This document shows positions 1 through 14,369 of a stretch of 64,000 bases of DNA, one piece after another. A model generated the notes under the pieces. The model did not search any database. It had not been told where the DNA came from and worked only from the letters and a program-made list of their open reading frames with translations. This stretch comes from Chiloscyllium plagiosum (Eukaryota). Within the stretch, counting starts at the first letter, position 1, and every line of letters begins with the position of its first letter. The stretch is from assembly GCF_004010195.1 (NCBI RefSeq), contig NC_057731.1, forward strand, positions 18,013,088 through 18,077,087, in the 5' to 3' direction. The translations under genes and the position numbers were made by a program.

Positions 1-170
1 TCCTCTCACTTCTCTCTCCACCCTTCAGGCTCTATGCCTGTATTCCTGATGAAGGGCTTTTGCCTGAAACATCGATTCTCCTGTTCCTCGGATGCTGCCT
101 GACCTGCTGCACTTTTCCAGCAACACATTTTCAGCTCTGATCTCCAGCATCTGCAGCCCTCACTTTCTCT
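1..170 (+). mobile_element. Penelope-like element 3' end (pLTR, family A) with a decayed hammerhead motif at 46-73
   Basis: CTGATGA-A-GGGC TTTT GCCT-GAAACATC followed by GATTCTCCTG...CACTTTCTC, the same terminus as at 24648, 36280, 37576 and 50977. Confidence 0.8.
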
Positions 171-1150
171 CAATAGCTTCAAGGAGTGCAAGCTTTACAT
201 GAGCTAGGGCCCACTTCTGAGATGTGCAGTTACTCAGTTGTGTTTTAGCACTGGGTTGCATGCTATAATGAAGATAATGAGCAGCAATCTGAATGTTATG
301 AGCGACCTGTATCAGCAGGAACCACCCCAGGCTCATCTTGTCCATGTGCTGTTTTGGGGCTTCCAGTACTGCTATTATTATGCCTCTACTTCATGTATTC
401 AACTTGTAGCATTTGTGTAAGAAGCAAGAACTTTTATTTCTTTACTTACCCACTCAAGTCTTTCCTTTATTGGATACATCATTATCAAAAATGCTTTTCC
501 CCATTGTCCCATGATAAATATGCAGTACATTTTGGAGCTTTCAGCCACACAAGTGTGTTTAAAGCAGCTTATACTCCAACACAGATTCTCCAATGACCAG
601 TACATCAAATGTGATGAATCATTATGGTCAGAGCCTAATTAACTGACTGAGCATCAAAATATCCCAGAAGCAGGTCCTGAAGCCAGCTGTAAGGCTGACA
701 AATACAACCTTATCCCCAACAATAACCTTTGCTCAGACTTTTACCATGTACCTTACATCGCTAAGGGCCGGGTTTTCATTGAGTCACCTGTACTTTGCAG
801 ATCATAAAAATGGTGCAAAAAATCTCACCCTTTATTCTGAGAAATCCAAATTTTGCTGGCTGCGGCAGAGGGTGGGGTGTGATTCACCTAAGAGGGAAAC
901 AGAGACTCAGAACTCTGTACTGAGTTCAAACATTTGTGATTGTTGTGAAGGGCCTGAAACTGCACTTCGAGAATAGTCATTGATGGGGTTGTCTTTGGGC
1001 TGAAACTTACCAGAAATCAGCAAAAGATTATTTTGGCAAGTTTTATGGAGGGTTTCTTTCTCTGAGGCCTAGCAAGTTTTCTTGTGCTATCTTCCCAGAC
1101 TCGCCTCATTATCATGTAGGAGCAAAAATTTGTACTGGGGATTATAATGG

Positions 1151-1632
1151 GTCAGGTGGCATCCAGAGAGAGAGCAAGCTAACATTTCGAGTCTAGATGA
1201 CTCTTCATCAGAACTGATGTGAAGTGTGGAGGAGGCAGCATTTATGCACTATTGCAACGTTCTGGACTCAGTATTGAGTTCAATGACTTTAGGGCCTCAG
1301 CACCTTCTCCCATATCGTTACACAACTCCCACACCCCAGTCCTTGGTATCACATGGGCTGCTACCACTAACAACCCAATTGTTATTGATGACCTTTACCC
1401 ATTCCATTGTCTGCTCAAAAGTTGTTCTCTCTCTGTCTCTGTCTCTCTCTCTCTGGTCTCCATCTCACCTACTGTTTTCTCCTTCCCCCTCCCCACACCC
1501 ATCTTCAGCATGTATACCAACAATTTCTTGGCCACAATGAGTTTTAAAAAAGATCATTGGACTGAAAAGGTTAGCTCTGATTTCTTTCCACAGATGCTGC
1601 CAGATCTGCTGAGTTTATCCAGTAACCTCTGA
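1151..1632. mobile_element. PLE remnant (family B): inverted pLTR piece with hammerhead (1181-1211, minus) followed by a plus-strand ORF end, 3' UTR and decayed pLTR
   Basis: Minus strand reads AGTT-CTGATGA-A-GAGTC ATCTA GACTC-GAAATGTT-AGCT. The plus part encodes GLSIEFNDFR, resembling the PLE GIY-YIG C-terminus seen near 36040, and ends in CACAGATGCTGCCAGATCTGCTGAG. Confidence 0.7.
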
Positions 1633-2789
1633 ATTTTGGCCCTATTTTTGAAGTATTAACTTCAATGCCATGAACTCCTGTTTCTGGTGTGACACCTTAT
1701 TGAATGCCTTGTGAAAAACCAAACACTGTAAACCTACTGATTTCAAAATTGCTCATCACATCATGAAAGAACTCAATTTTTTTAAAAAATTGCAAGCTGG
1801 GCCATTAATTCCTAGACAAAGATGACAGATTTCTTTCCTTGAAGGACATTAGTGAACCAGACAGTTTCTTTCAACGATGTACAATGAGTATACGGCCCAC
1901 ATTGGTCTAGCTTTTAGTTCCAAATTTTCATTGATTCATGGTTCATACACTGTCATGTCCCTAAAATGTTTGACTTGGTCTCTAGATTACTAGTCTAGCA
2001 ACAATATCACTACACCACTACACCACCTCAATGATAAGCATGATTTCTGTTTTACCAAATCATATTTTATTATGATTTTCTGACTGTCCTGATATTATCT
2101 TGTTTGTAGTGTATTTTAGAATTTTTGCAATGACAGACTAAGTGGCATATAGTTTCTGCTTTCTGATGCCCTCGTTCCTTAAAAACAAATGTTCAATTCA
2201 CTGTTTTACAATTTGCTGTGGCCTTTCCCAGATTCTAGGGGAAAAGAACAAGCTCACTGTCTGCTGGAAAGCTGTCACACTCTCCACTGATCCCAATCAG
2301 GTGGAAAAGGCTTCTTTGATATCACATCATTAGAACCAACAGAGCAAACTAAGATTCCTGTCATTTACCACATCCTGGTGACTGTCATCAGAGACTGGAA
2401 AAACCATGGTGTTAGTCAAACATTCTTTTTCATAGAAGAATTTTTTGTGTCATTTGCTCACTTATCCTAAGTTGTTCTGCTCTCCTTTGTGTCCCAAATC
2501 CCTGAACAGTCAAGATTGTCTAACTTTACCTTGAGATTTAGTGAAGCTTTCTGTAATGCCCAGGATACTGACAGCAAATGTAGGCTGGTAATTGCTTTTA
2601 GTACTGGATTTATGCCTGCATAATATCCCACTTTGGTCCTTGAAGATAATAAAATGTCATATCAGACCTTGCTTGTGATTTAGAATATCAATTTATTTTA
2701 CAAAGATAAATAAACACAAAAGAAACAATGCTGTAATATGTTGATATATTTACAATGGATAACTTTGCAAGTAACCCATCTGGTAGCAG

Positions 2790-2970
2790 TAAAGATGTAC
2801 AGGTCAGGTGAATTGGCCATGCTAAATTGCCCACAGTGTTAGGTACGTTAGTCAGGGGTAAATATAGGGTAGGGGAATGGGTTTGAGTGGGTTTCTCTTC
2901 GGAGGGGTGGTGTGGATTTGTTGGGCTGAAGAGCCTGTTTCCACACTGTAAAGAATCTAATCTAATCTAA
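2790..2970 (+). mobile_element. 5'-truncated HE1-like SINE
   Basis: ATTGGCCATGCTAAATTGCCC core, CR1-derived 3' end and (TCTAA)3 tail. Confidence 0.8.
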
Positions 2971-3814
2971 ATTCAATTGCATAAGACAATAGTTTTGGAA
3001 TTCTCTTTTGGTAAAGAATGGATCTTGTGCTGAGTGCACCAGTGTCCATTACAGCCCATGTGACACACCACACTGGCGAGGCATTAGTGTGGGCATTAAC
3101 AGTGAATGCTGAAAGTACACAGTAGGCAAATTGTGATGTTAGTGAGCAGATAATGCCATTGCTATTCTCAACCTTAGAGCTTTGGCAAAGGCCTTCTTTG
3201 CACTATTGATCATGCATGGGAAGTAGGAGGAATCGGCCCGTGTTATTTAAAAGGATCAGAAAATTCTTTGAGCTGAGTTGACAGATCTGGTTTTGTCAAA
3301 GTGTTTTAGTGTTGTTTACAGTTGGTGATGCTGAAAGGGAGTGCAGCTGCACATTCTGATTTCAGAGTATTATTGACTGCATCCATAATGATTTGTGACC
3401 AGGAGCAGGAAGAGGAGGAGGCTACAGCATATCCCCTTTCCAGTTGGGCTATCTGTGATTCACTTATTCAGTTGTAGTACTGATGAACATGTTCCTATTC
3501 AGTCAGAGTCTAGCACATTGCCTCTCACTGGCCATCATAGTGTCCTCTTGGCCACAATTCTAAAGTTAAATACCACCAGAAAACAACCTTCCAAACCAAT
3601 GGTATAAAAAACACCTTGTTTATCACGTTCATGCTCAATGACTCACCATGTGTGGATCCTGCCTCTGTACTACCTTTTAAAAGATTGCCAGTATCTGTGC
3701 AGGAGTCTACGAGTGTGTTGCCACAAAGCTGGTCTTTTTTTCTAAAAGCAGTTCCTGTTCTCAAGGACACTGTGTCCTTGGTGATTTTCAGAGGGGTTGT
3801 AAACAATTCCACTT

Positions 3815-4347
3815 CTGATTAGACTGGTTTGGTACAGTGATTAAAGTGTTTTGAGAGGCCTTTTTGCTTATATGTAAACAGTTGAGACTTCAGGCCAAAG
3901 TGATCTTGTTTTAGAAGTGACCTGTATAATGAGAGGCGAGTGGTCAGCTCTCTAGCTGAGCAGTTCAGTTCAGAACCAGTTCATCAGTGTGGAAACAGGC
4001 TCTCACTCTCTCCTTCTGCCCTTCTAACTTCAACCTGTAAGCATTTGTTTCATTTTTACTGTTTTTTAAAGGGGGAGTTGCTTATTGGGACCGTTGTATA
4101 TATTTGGAACAGTATAATTAAGTCTAGTTTGGATAAACTGCGTTCTGTAGGGGTTCTTCATTCTGTTCTTTGTGTTTTATTGTGTAATTTTGTGAATAAC
4201 ATTTTGTCTGTTTTAAAACCTGGTAGTCAACCTAGCTAACTTACTCCGGGTAATTTTCACTGTACACTTACCGAAACAAACTGCAAAGTTATGGTCTGGG
4301 CTGCCTGCTTAAAAATGTTTTGAGTGGTCTGGTCTAGTCCATTAACA
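3815..4347 (+). mobile_element. possible solo LTR fragment
   Basis: TATA-like tataat, CT-rich segment, AATAAC polyA-like signal, ends ...CCATTAACA. No TSD confirmed. Confidence 0.35.
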
Positions 4348-4465
4348 GTGTGATCAACTGATCATCTTAGGGTTTAAACTCCTGCAATATTGTTGATTAG
4401 CTCTAGTTTTTCCGAAAGAGGAAATGTATAATTGTAGGTTTGCAGTGAGGAAAGAACTGCATGTT

Positions 4466-4774
4466 TGATTAGATTTTTTTGATTAAGTTAGATTCCCTAC
4501 AGCATGGAAGCAGGCCCTTTGGCCCAACCAGTCCACACCGACCCTCCGAAGAGTAACCCACCCAGACCCATTTCCCTCTGACTAATGCACCTCACACTAC
4601 AGGCAATTTAGCATGGCTAATTCACCTGACCTGCGGGAGGAAACTGGAATAAACCCATGCAGACACGAGGAGAATATGCAAACTCCACACAGACAGCCGC
4701 CCAAGGCTGGAATTGAACCTGAGACCCTGGTGCTGTGAGGCAGCAGTGCTAACCACTGAGCCACCGAGCCACCC
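4466..4774 (-). mobile_element. HE1-like tRNA-derived SINE with internal deletion
   Basis: Minus strand has A box GGCTCAGTGGTTAG, B box GGTTCAATTCC and a CR1-like tail. Confidence 0.85.
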
Positions 4775-5769
4775 AATATTTGCAATATCTGTGGCTGTAA
4801 ATTAGAAAAGATTAGGTTGAGGGAAAAGTAGACTGTGAGAAGAAGATTAGACAGGAGTATGCTGTCATTTTCAGTCCTTTCATCCTCTCTGCTGGTCATG
4901 ACCAGTTACAGCTGTTTCCTTAAGTTGTGGTTGTATCTGTGCCCCACTGGTTAAGTACTGATATCATTGATTATGCAATACTTTGTCCTGCAAGACAGAG
5001 GGGAGTGCGTTAGTCAGTGTGGTCCAATGTGTTTGGATGATGTTCTCTTAGTTGAATGGATTGAAATATGAGCAATTTGAAGGATCTGGCTGTGAGACTT
5101 GTACTGTGAGAGGTGTGATTGGTAATTTTGGTCAGTGAGTGATGGGGCCTCTGGTACATTGCTCAATGTATGAAGTTCGTGGTGCATTTGGTGTGTTATG
5201 GCCTTGGGGGAGTATTCACTGATTTTGACCACTTGCAAGGACTTTGAACCTCTTTTAGCTTTGCATCCAGATCCTCAGGGTTACATGCCTGGTATTGAGT
5301 GCTTGGCTTACTCCTTAAGTTAGTCTGTCCTCATGTTTGCCTCGCAGGTTTTGTGCCCCTTATACAACAATGTAACTATTCAACAGTTCATTTAAAGCTG
5401 CTGCACACTGTATCCTGTAAATGAGCAGGCAGCACATATTTTGCCTGCATTGTCATAAATGGTGTGAGTTAACACAAACCCCACTCATTTTTGGGCCTTA
5501 CCGAATTTTCACCTTTAATTCTGCGAACTGAGATGAGCCTTTGTAGATAGCTTTTAAATGGATACACTACTCTTAGCTGCCTTCTACAAGTGTCCAGTTG
5601 CAGCTTTGAGACCTTAAACTATCTGGCAATTTCTCTGGAATTTCATCTGACTATATTATAGGCTTCTGAAACTGCCATTGATTGAAAGGAGTTGATCCAG
5701 TTCAGTCTGTAATATCCTGGAAGGTCAGTCAGCAAGTAATCAAGGCCTCTGGGAGAAAAGAGAAAGGAA

Positions 5770-6130
5770 ACAGCAGAAAAACATGAGGAAAACCAGTATT
5801 AAAAATATATTGAAAAGAACTTTATACATATCCCTCCTCCTACTAATGTATGTGACAGGTTTAGATACGATAGACAGGGAAAACCTGTTCCAATTGGCTG
5901 ATGATATAAAGACTAAAGGAGATAGATTTAAGAGAAGCACAACTATTTTATAAAATGAATGGTACTTACACGGAATTGTGGAAACCGAGACAATCAGTGA
6001 TTGTGAAATGAAGCTTGATCGACAATTGTCGCAAATAAACTTGCAGGGCTACAGAAAGAGAGTGGAGAAATGAGGCTGACTGAATTACTCCACAGGAACT
6101 AGCATTAAAGCAATGGGGACATAAGCTCTT
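5770..6130 (+). mobile_element. old CR1 LINE 3' fragment
   Basis: Decayed similarity to the CR1 ORF2 C-terminal region at 9940-10250. Confidence 0.5.
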
Positions 6131-6312
6131 TCATGCTGAATGATTCCACAACTATATGTTTCATTAACATAAAATCAACGACATGCAGAGATTTTATCTC
6201 CCTGAGACAACATTAATTGTATGCATTATTTAGCACACAAAATGTGTACATTTCACCATTTCATACAATAGATAACTGACAGTTAAAATAGTATGAATGC
6301 ATGGGAAAACAT

Positions 6313-6404
6313 AGTTAAAAATCACACAACACCAGGTATAGTCCAACAGGTTTAATTGGGAACACACTAGCTTTCGGAGCGACGCTTCTTCATCAGGCGG
6401 TAGT
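6313..6404 (-). mobile_element. solo PLE pLTR (family C) with hammerhead motif at 6368-6396
   Basis: Matches the arms of the 18551 element. Minus strand reads CTGATGA-A-GAAGC GTC GCTCC-GAAAGCTA-GTG. Confidence 0.8.
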
Positions 6405-7224
6405 CATAGCTGTCACTTGCAGAAGGACATTGGACACAAGTACAGGGAACAAATTTCTATTAAAAAGTTTGCATGAGTATCTTGCGATGCATGTATTATT
6501 TGTCAAGCAGAAGAAGCCCTGACCCTGGAGCTGTCATTTAGAATTCTCCCTGATCTGTTCCCGGGCATTGTCAGTGTTTGATGTACTATGGAATACCTCT
6601 TCAAACAAGACAAGAAAATCTGCTTTCAGAAGCTTTCTTTTCTGCTCAGATTTGTTTCTCAGTTTGTGGTTTATTTATTTTCATCTTAAGACAATATACT
6701 GGCCAACTGTGTATTGTTATTTCTGAAATTATACAGAATCCATTTCTTTATCTCTTTCCTAGATGCTTTGCATTTGTCTTCTAGCTTTTAATAGTTCCTG
6801 GTCTAACCTGTAGAATTCTGAAAACAAGGTGTACAGTTAATATACTGATTTATATTGAATGTCGTAGTATTTTGTGTGGGTGGAAAGCAGAAGTAGAGTT
6901 TTCAGATTTGTCATGTATTAACATCTCTAATTTATGATGCTGCTGTTTCTCATCGAGTGTGCAGAATGTCACATCAACAGCTGAATATCATAGTTTCAAA
7001 GTTATTTTTTGCTTATGTTTTATGCACTCCTGTGTCCTGATATCTGTTTGATTAGTCTTTGAGCGCTTATCTAAAGTGTGTGTAAGCTGACTGGTTTGTT
7101 AGTCTGTTTTGTGGTGAGCGAAATGTGTGCTGGAACATTGACAAAGTAAAAACTTTGCACATAATTATTTGCTGAAAATGGTCCACTTTGCCCGTTTTTT
7201 GTGTTCATACAATGAAACATAATA

Positions 7225-9670
7225 ACATAGGAATTAGAAACAGGAATAGGACAGTCAGCCCCTCGAGTCTGCAGTGCTATTCAGAAATATCACGGCTAAT
7301 CAGGTTACTCCATATTCTTGTCTGCTGCCCCACCTCTCTATAATGTTTCACCTCTTTGCTCATCAAAAACTTACCTATTTCTTCCTTAAAAATATTCAAA
7401 GACTCTTCTTTCACAATCTTTTGAACAATAGAGTTCCAAAGATTCGTAACCCTCTGTGAGGAAAAAATAATCTTCCTTTCTCCTGTCTTAAATGGTAACC
7501 CCTTAATTTGTATACAGTGACCTTTGGTTCTAGGGTCTCATGCCAGGGGACACATGCTCTTCATAGCCACAATGTAATGGTCCCTCAGATTGTTATACAA
7601 GTCAATCAACTCACCCCAAACTCCAATGCATACAAACCTAGCCTGTCTGCTCTTTTTTCTCAGAAGGCAACCTGCCCATTTCAGATATTAGTCAATTAAA
7701 CTTTTATTTCCAATGTATTTGCATCCCCCCTTAAATAAGGAGATGGATAAAGAGACAGATAACGTATATAAAAATCCTGACATGGTGCACCAATGCCCTT
7801 TAGTTACGTCACATTACGCATATACTTTAGTAATCAATTCCCCTTGCAATAAATGAGAACATTCTGTTAACTTTCCTAATGACTTGCCCAACCTCCAGAC
7901 CAATCTTTTGCAGTTTTGCATTAGGATATTTTGATCCTTAAGTTTCTCTGAGCTGTAGAATCTCTCACCATTTTGATAACCCGCTTCTTCTTCCCAAAGT
8001 GGAAACTTTCACATTTTTCCATTATACTTCTTTTGGCAGACCTTTGCCCACTAACCTGAACTATTTATGTGCTTCGTGGCCTCCTCTTGACAACTTACTT
8101 TTTTATCCATGTTTGTATCATCAGAAGATTCTGCAACCATACCTTTGGCACCTTTTATCCAAGTCATATTTATTTAAACAATAAAATGTTGAGGATATTG
8201 AAGATATAAAAGTTAAGTTCAGAAGAAGAGATAATACTGGATTTGAAATGTCAACTCTGTTTCTCTTTCCTTAGATCTGCCAGACTTGTTGAGTTCTTCC
8301 AGCATTCTCTGTTTTAAATGAGGACCCAGCACTGATTCCTGTAGCACACAACTTGTTCAATCTTGCCAACCAGAAAATGACCCATTTATGGCTATTCTTT
8401 GGATCATGTTAACTAGCCAATCATCTATTCATGCCAATATGTTATTCCTACATGTTGACCTTTTTATTTTCTGCAATAAACATTGATCCAATACCTTATC
8501 AAATGGTTTGAGTATCAAGATATAGTATAAAAACATGTTTTCCTTTCTCCACAGCATGTATTGCTTCCAGAAAAACTCCAAAAAATCCGTTAAACATGAA
8601 GTCCCTTTTGCAGAACAATGTTGACTCTGCCTGATCACCTTAAACTTTTCAAAATGCCCTGCTCTAATGTCTTTTAGTAAAAGCTTCTAACATTTTCCCT
8701 TTGACAGGTGATAAGCCAACTAGCCTGTCATTTTCTACTTTCTGTCTCTCTCCTTTCTTGAATAACAGTGTTATACTATTTTCGAATGCAAAGGCACCTT
8801 CTGCAAATGAAAGGAAGTTTGAAAAATTAAAACTTACACATCAACTTTCTCACTTGTCACTAGATTTTATGATAAAATCCATCAGGGCTTGGGGATTTGT
8901 CAGCCCACAACACTAATTTTTACAATTAGTGAGTACCACTCAACTGCTGATTGTAATTCTATTGTGTTCACCCCCTCCTTCCATTTCTTGAATTGGAGCT
9001 ATTTTTGGGGTGTTATTTGCATCCTGTATCATGAAGACCAAGTAAAATACCTTTTCAATTCATCTGCTATCTCCTTCCCCTTTTTAATTTCCTAAGGCTT
9101 ACATTCTGTGGGACCAATGCTCACTTGTTAACATTTCTTCTTTAAGTATATATCGAAATTCTTAATATCCATTGTTACATTTCTAGTTGTTATTTTCTAG
9201 TACTCTGTTTCTCTCCTTATTAATCTTTTACTCAATCTTTGCTCTCATTTTTTATATTCTGTCCAATCTCTGACCTATCAACTATCTTTGCACAATTATG
9301 TTAATTATGTTTGTCTTCAAGTCTGATATTATCCTTTGTTTTTCTTTTAGTTAACCGCGATGGAGTATCCACACTTAGATGTTTTATTTCTTGCTTGAAT
9401 ATACCTATTCTGTGCAATCTGGAATATCCCTTAAATGTTTCTGTTTGCTTCTCTACAGATTATCCCTAAATCCAAATTATCAGTTTATGTTAGCTACCTT
9501 TCATGCCCTCATAATTGCCTCAAATACTAGTCTTGGACCTGCTCTTTTCGCCTCCAAGCTGAGTGTAAAATTCCATCCTATTATCAATGCTGCTGCTGTG
9601 CACTACCTTCACTAAGGTCATAAACTCATCCTATCCCATTGAGCAATACCAGGTCTAATATAATTTACTT
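7225..9670 (-). mobile_element. degenerate CR1 LINE, containing a decayed PLE pLTR insert at about 8215-8315
   Basis: Minus-strand peptide SCLTDFLEFF...KPFDKV (RT domain) and a CR1-type 3' tail near 7225. Confidence 0.75.
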
Positions 9671-9744
9671 CCTTATTGGCTCTGTTGTTAAATCTGTTGT
9701 TTTTGTATCCACTGTGCAAAGTAACTGATTGTATTTACATCCAA

Positions 9745-10295
9745 CGCTCTTGGAGTATTGTGTTCAGTTTTGGTCACCTTGCTACAGGAAGGATGTTATT
9801 AAACTGGGAAGAGTGCAGAAGAAATTTACAAGAATGTTGCCAGGACTCGATGGTCTGAGTTATAAGAAGAAGTTCGATAAGCTAGGACTCCTTTCTAAAG
9901 AGCGTCGGAGACTGAGGGGGGATCTTATAGAAGCTAATAAGATCATGATAGGCCTGGATAGGGTGAATGTACTCAGTCTTTTTCCCAGGGTTGGGGAGTC
10001 GAGGACTAGAGGACATCAGTTTAAGGTTAGAGGGAAAAGAATTAAAGGGAACCTGAGAGGCATCTTTTTTACACAGTGGGTGGTAAGCACATGGAATGAG
10101 CTGCCAGTGGAAGTGGTTGAGGTGGGTACATTGACAACATTTAAAAGGCATTTGGACAAATACATGGATAGAAAAGGGTTTAGAAGGATATGGACCAAGT
10201 GCAGGGAAATAGGGTTAGTGTGGATGGACATTTTGGTCAGCTTGAACTGGATTGATGTGAAGGGTCAGTCTCCGTGCTGAGGACTCTATGACTGT
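9745..10295 (+). mobile_element. CR1 LINE 3' end
   Basis: ORF 9729-10280 reads LEYCVQFWSPCYRKDVIKLGRVQKKFTRMLPGL...RRRLRGDLIE...TRGH...WNELP; followed by an ACTCTATGACT tail. Confidence 0.92.
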
Positions 10296-10789
10296 AATAA
10301 CAAATTTAACAATTTATGGAATGAGAAAAAGCCATGAAGCTCTCTCCTCAGATGAATGTGCAACTTTGCAGCATTATTGTCTCTGCTTAATTATTTTCAG
10401 TTTCTTAAGAGTGGGAGTAATCTATATGAGAGTATATCTCTCTGAAATTTCAGTCATATCCTAAAGCTAATTACATAATAATAATCACTCAGAAAACTGC
10501 CTCAAGCTGTAAATGATTTTATCAAGATTGATGTTTACAAGTCCAATGGAACTTATTACATTGGTCAGTGTCTGTGGTAATCCTATTGAAAGAGATTGAT
10601 TACATGTTGTTTTGTACTAATGCAAACTCCTCAACAAATCTGTCAGATGACACCATTGCACACTGCAAACCAGAAGAGATGGTCTACTTTAATTGCCAAA
10701 AGCAAAAAATATTCAAAGTTGTAACTGTGAGGGATGGGTTTTGGTATGTTAGATAAAGAATTAAGCCTCTTGGCTGTACTTCCAATATG

Positions 10790-11170
10790 ATTTAGGAACA
10801 TAGAAATAAGAACAAGAGTAGACCTTTCAGCTCCTTGAGCTTGTTCCACCATTCAACTATAGCATGGTAGATCTTCTGCCTCAGAATAATTTTACCATAT
10901 TATCCCTATATATCTTGATACCTTTAATATCTAGAAGTATATTGATCTTTGTTTTGAATATGCAGAATAATTGAGTTTTGACAACCCTCTCAAGTAGACA
11001 ATTACAAAGATTCAACACCTCATGCTGTACGTCTCTATGACTCTATGACTCTGAGTGGAAAAATTACTTATCATCTCAGTCACCTCATATTTTGAGATTT
11101 TCTCCCCTGATTCTATTGGCATCAGTCAGGGGAGACATCTTTCATCTACCCTGTCAACTATACAGGTGGT
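10790..11170 (-). mobile_element. old CR1 3' end with a tiny opposite-strand CR1 tail inserted at about 11021-11052
   Basis: GAACATAGAAATAAGAACAAGAGTAG terminus; the insert ends in CTCTATGACTCTATGACTCT. Confidence 0.55.
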
Positions 11171-11289
11171 TTGAAAGTGACGTATTAGACTATAGTAGAG
11201 ATGGTAATCCAAGAACCCAACCCATGGAATAGAGTTACTGCACCAAGGTATAAATTTAATATTGCCAGCATTAATTTTAATGTTCTTTA

Positions 11290-13533
11290 ATGTTAAAATA
11301 GTTATGGAGAGGGCCAAAACTGGTTCACAGATTCAAGATCTAAATTGGGGCAAGGCAAATTTTGAATGAATTAGACAGGATTGATTGGAGTAGTTTGTTT
11401 GCAGGCAAAGGGACCTCCGGCAAGTAGGAGGCCTTTAAAAGTGAGATAGCCAAAGTTCCAGGTCTAAATGTTCCTGTGAGGGTGAGGGACAAGGTTGACA
11501 GGAATAGGGAACCCTGGATGACAAGAGATATTGAGGCTTTGACCAGAAAAAGGAGGCATGGCTCAAGTACAAGCAGCTGGGATCAAGAGAATCCCTGGGT
11601 ATTTACAGGGAATACAGGAGTTTTTGGAGAAGGAAATCAGGAGGGCAAAAAGGGAGCGCGAGATAGTCTTGGCTGAGAAGATTAGGGTGAATCCAAAAAG
11701 GTAATTTAAGTATGTTAAAGGAAAAAGAATAACTAGAGAGAGTATAGGACCAAAGTAGACATGTATGTGTGAAACCACAGGTGTTTACCATGGAGAAAGA
11801 CATGAAGACTAAGGAGCTTGGGCAAGTTAGTGATGATGCCTTGGGGGCAGTCCATATCACAGTAAAACAGGTGTTGGATGTATTAGAATGTATTAAGGTG
11901 GATATATCCTGACCAATTATATATATGAACACTGCAAGAGGCTAGAGAGGAAATTGCAGGGGCCCTGGCTGATATTTTTGCATTATCGTTAGTCACGGGT
12001 GAGGTCCCGTATGACTGGAGGGTAGCAAGTGTGACCTTATTCAAGAAAGGCTGCAAAAGAACACATAGGAACTATAGACCAGTCAGCCTAATATCAGTGG
12101 TGAGGAAGTTACTTGAGAAGATTCTGCGGGATAAGATATACATGCATTTGGAAATACAGGGTTTGATTCGGAATAGTCAACATTTTGTGAGTGGGAGATC
12201 ATGTCTCACAAATTGCAGAGTCTTGTATGTTTAATTATGATCACCCCTCATTCTTCTAAACTGTATTCAATAAAGGCAAAAAAATTGGACAGCATGGTGG
12301 TGCAGTGGTTCTTTGGTGAAGTGACCAGGAAGGTTGATGAGGGCAGGGTGGTAGACTTAGTCTTCATGGATTTCACTAAGGCCTTTGATTCCATATGGTA
12401 GGCTGCTCTGAAAAGTTAGATTGCATGGAATCAAGGGTGAGCTGGCAAACTGGATGCAAAATTGGCGTGATAGTAGGAAGTAGAAGGTACTAGTGGAAGG
12501 ATACTTGTTGAATTGGAGGTGTGTGACTAGTGGAATCTCTCAGGGTTGATGCTGGGTCCATTGCTGTTTGTTATCTATATCAATGATTTAGGTGGAAATG
12601 TACAAGGAATGATAAGTAAGTTTGCTGATGACATTAAAATAGGCAGCATTGTGGACAGTGAGGAAGGTTATTAGAAATTGCAGCAGGACCTTGATCAGCT
12701 GGGGAAGTGGGCCAGAAAATGGTAAATGGAGTATAATATAGATAAGTCTGAGGTCTTGCATTTTGGAAAGTCAAATCAAGATAGGAGTTTCATGGTGAAT
12801 GGTAGGGCCTTAAGGAATATAGTGGAACAGAGGGATCTTGCAGTTCAGGTTCACAATTCTCTGAAAGTGGAGTCACAGGTAGACGGAGCAGTAAAGAAGG
12901 CTTTTGGTGCACTGGCCTTCATCGGTCAGGGCATTGTTATAGAAGTTGGGAAGTTATGTTGCAGTTATACAGGATGTTCGTGAGGCTGCGCTTGGGGTAT
13001 TGTGTTCAGTTTGGTCACCTTGTTATAGGAAGGATGTTACTAAACTGGAAAGAATGCAGAAGAAGTTTACAAGGATGTCACTTGGACTCAATGGTCAAAG
13101 TTATAGGGAGGGGTTAGACAAGCTAGGAGATTTTTCTTCAAGAGCATAGGAGACTGAGAGGGGACCTTATAGAGGTGTATAAGATCATGAGAGGCATGGA
13201 TAGAGCAAATACACTCAGTCTTTTTCCCAGGGTTGGGGAATTGAGCACAGAGGGCATCAGTTTAAAGTTAGAGGGGTAAGAATAAAAGGGAACCTGAGGG
13301 GCAACATTTTTACAGAGAAGGTGGTACGCATATGGAATGTGCTGCCAGCAGAAGTGGTTGGAGAGGATATATTAACAAGATTTAAAGGCCGTTGTCAAAT
13401 ACATGGAATGAAAGGATTAGAAGGATATGGGCCGAATGCAGGGAAATGGGATTAGTGTGGACGGACGTTTTGGTTGAGATGGAACAGATTGGGCCAAAGG
13501 GCTGTCTCTGTGCTGTAGGATTCTATGACTCTA
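11290..13533 (+). mobile_element. CR1 LINE, 5'-truncated, disrupted ORF2
   Basis: Frameshifted peptides LFKKG..NYRPVSLISVV, VDLVFMDFTKAFD, KFADD, VLHFGKSN; TTCTATGACTCTA tail. Confidence 0.92.
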
Positions 13534-14369
13534 TTACAAGAGATGTAAAGAAATGTTTCCTGCTGCTATTTTAATAAGACATGTTAGAAAGGATGACAAA
13601 GCGGTTACTGATCAATATTTGTTTATCAAAAACATTTGTGTGCTGCAATGTTTATAATTACAGTTACCTGAGAATGAATTGACCAAAAGCAGGGGTTGCT
13701 TCTGAGAGCTGCAGAACCACAGATGCTCAGTAAGAGCTCACACACTCCCAACCTTTGATAAATCAATCCCATTTTCTTTCACTACTACTTTTTACATGAC
13801 AGTTATTGAAATGTGTTTCTAATTGAATATCATGTTTCTAAAAATCACCCTGGTAGTGGACATTTTAACAAGTAACAGTTAGAACCTGAGAATGTTTATC
13901 ACTAAAATGGGACATATAGGACACAGGGAGAATGTCTGTATGGAGTTTGTGCAGTCACACCTGAGGTTAAAATTGAACCTGGGTCCCCAATGTTGTGGAA
14001 CAGTAATGCCAACCATTGAGCCACCATGCTGCCCAATGTTATACCTTTATTCAGGAGAGTTTAGAAGAATGTGGGGTGAGATGTTATTAAACTGGAAAGA
14101 ATGCAGAAGAAGTTTGCAAGGATGTTGTCTGGACTCAATGGTCAAAGTTATAGGGAGGGGTATACTAATGCAAACCTGCTTGGATCAAAACGTGAACTGT
14201 AGTTGGTAATTTCTTCAGTTGGGGCTTATTTGGTTCCTTTGCTTTATGGTTCTCAGGTGGAGTTTGTAATGTTAACATGATGCTCATAAATACAAAATCT
14301 GCATGGTTACAAGTAGAAGAAACTCCAGTGACCCCCTCAGTGCTCTGCCCAATGTGTTTGTCTATAGTA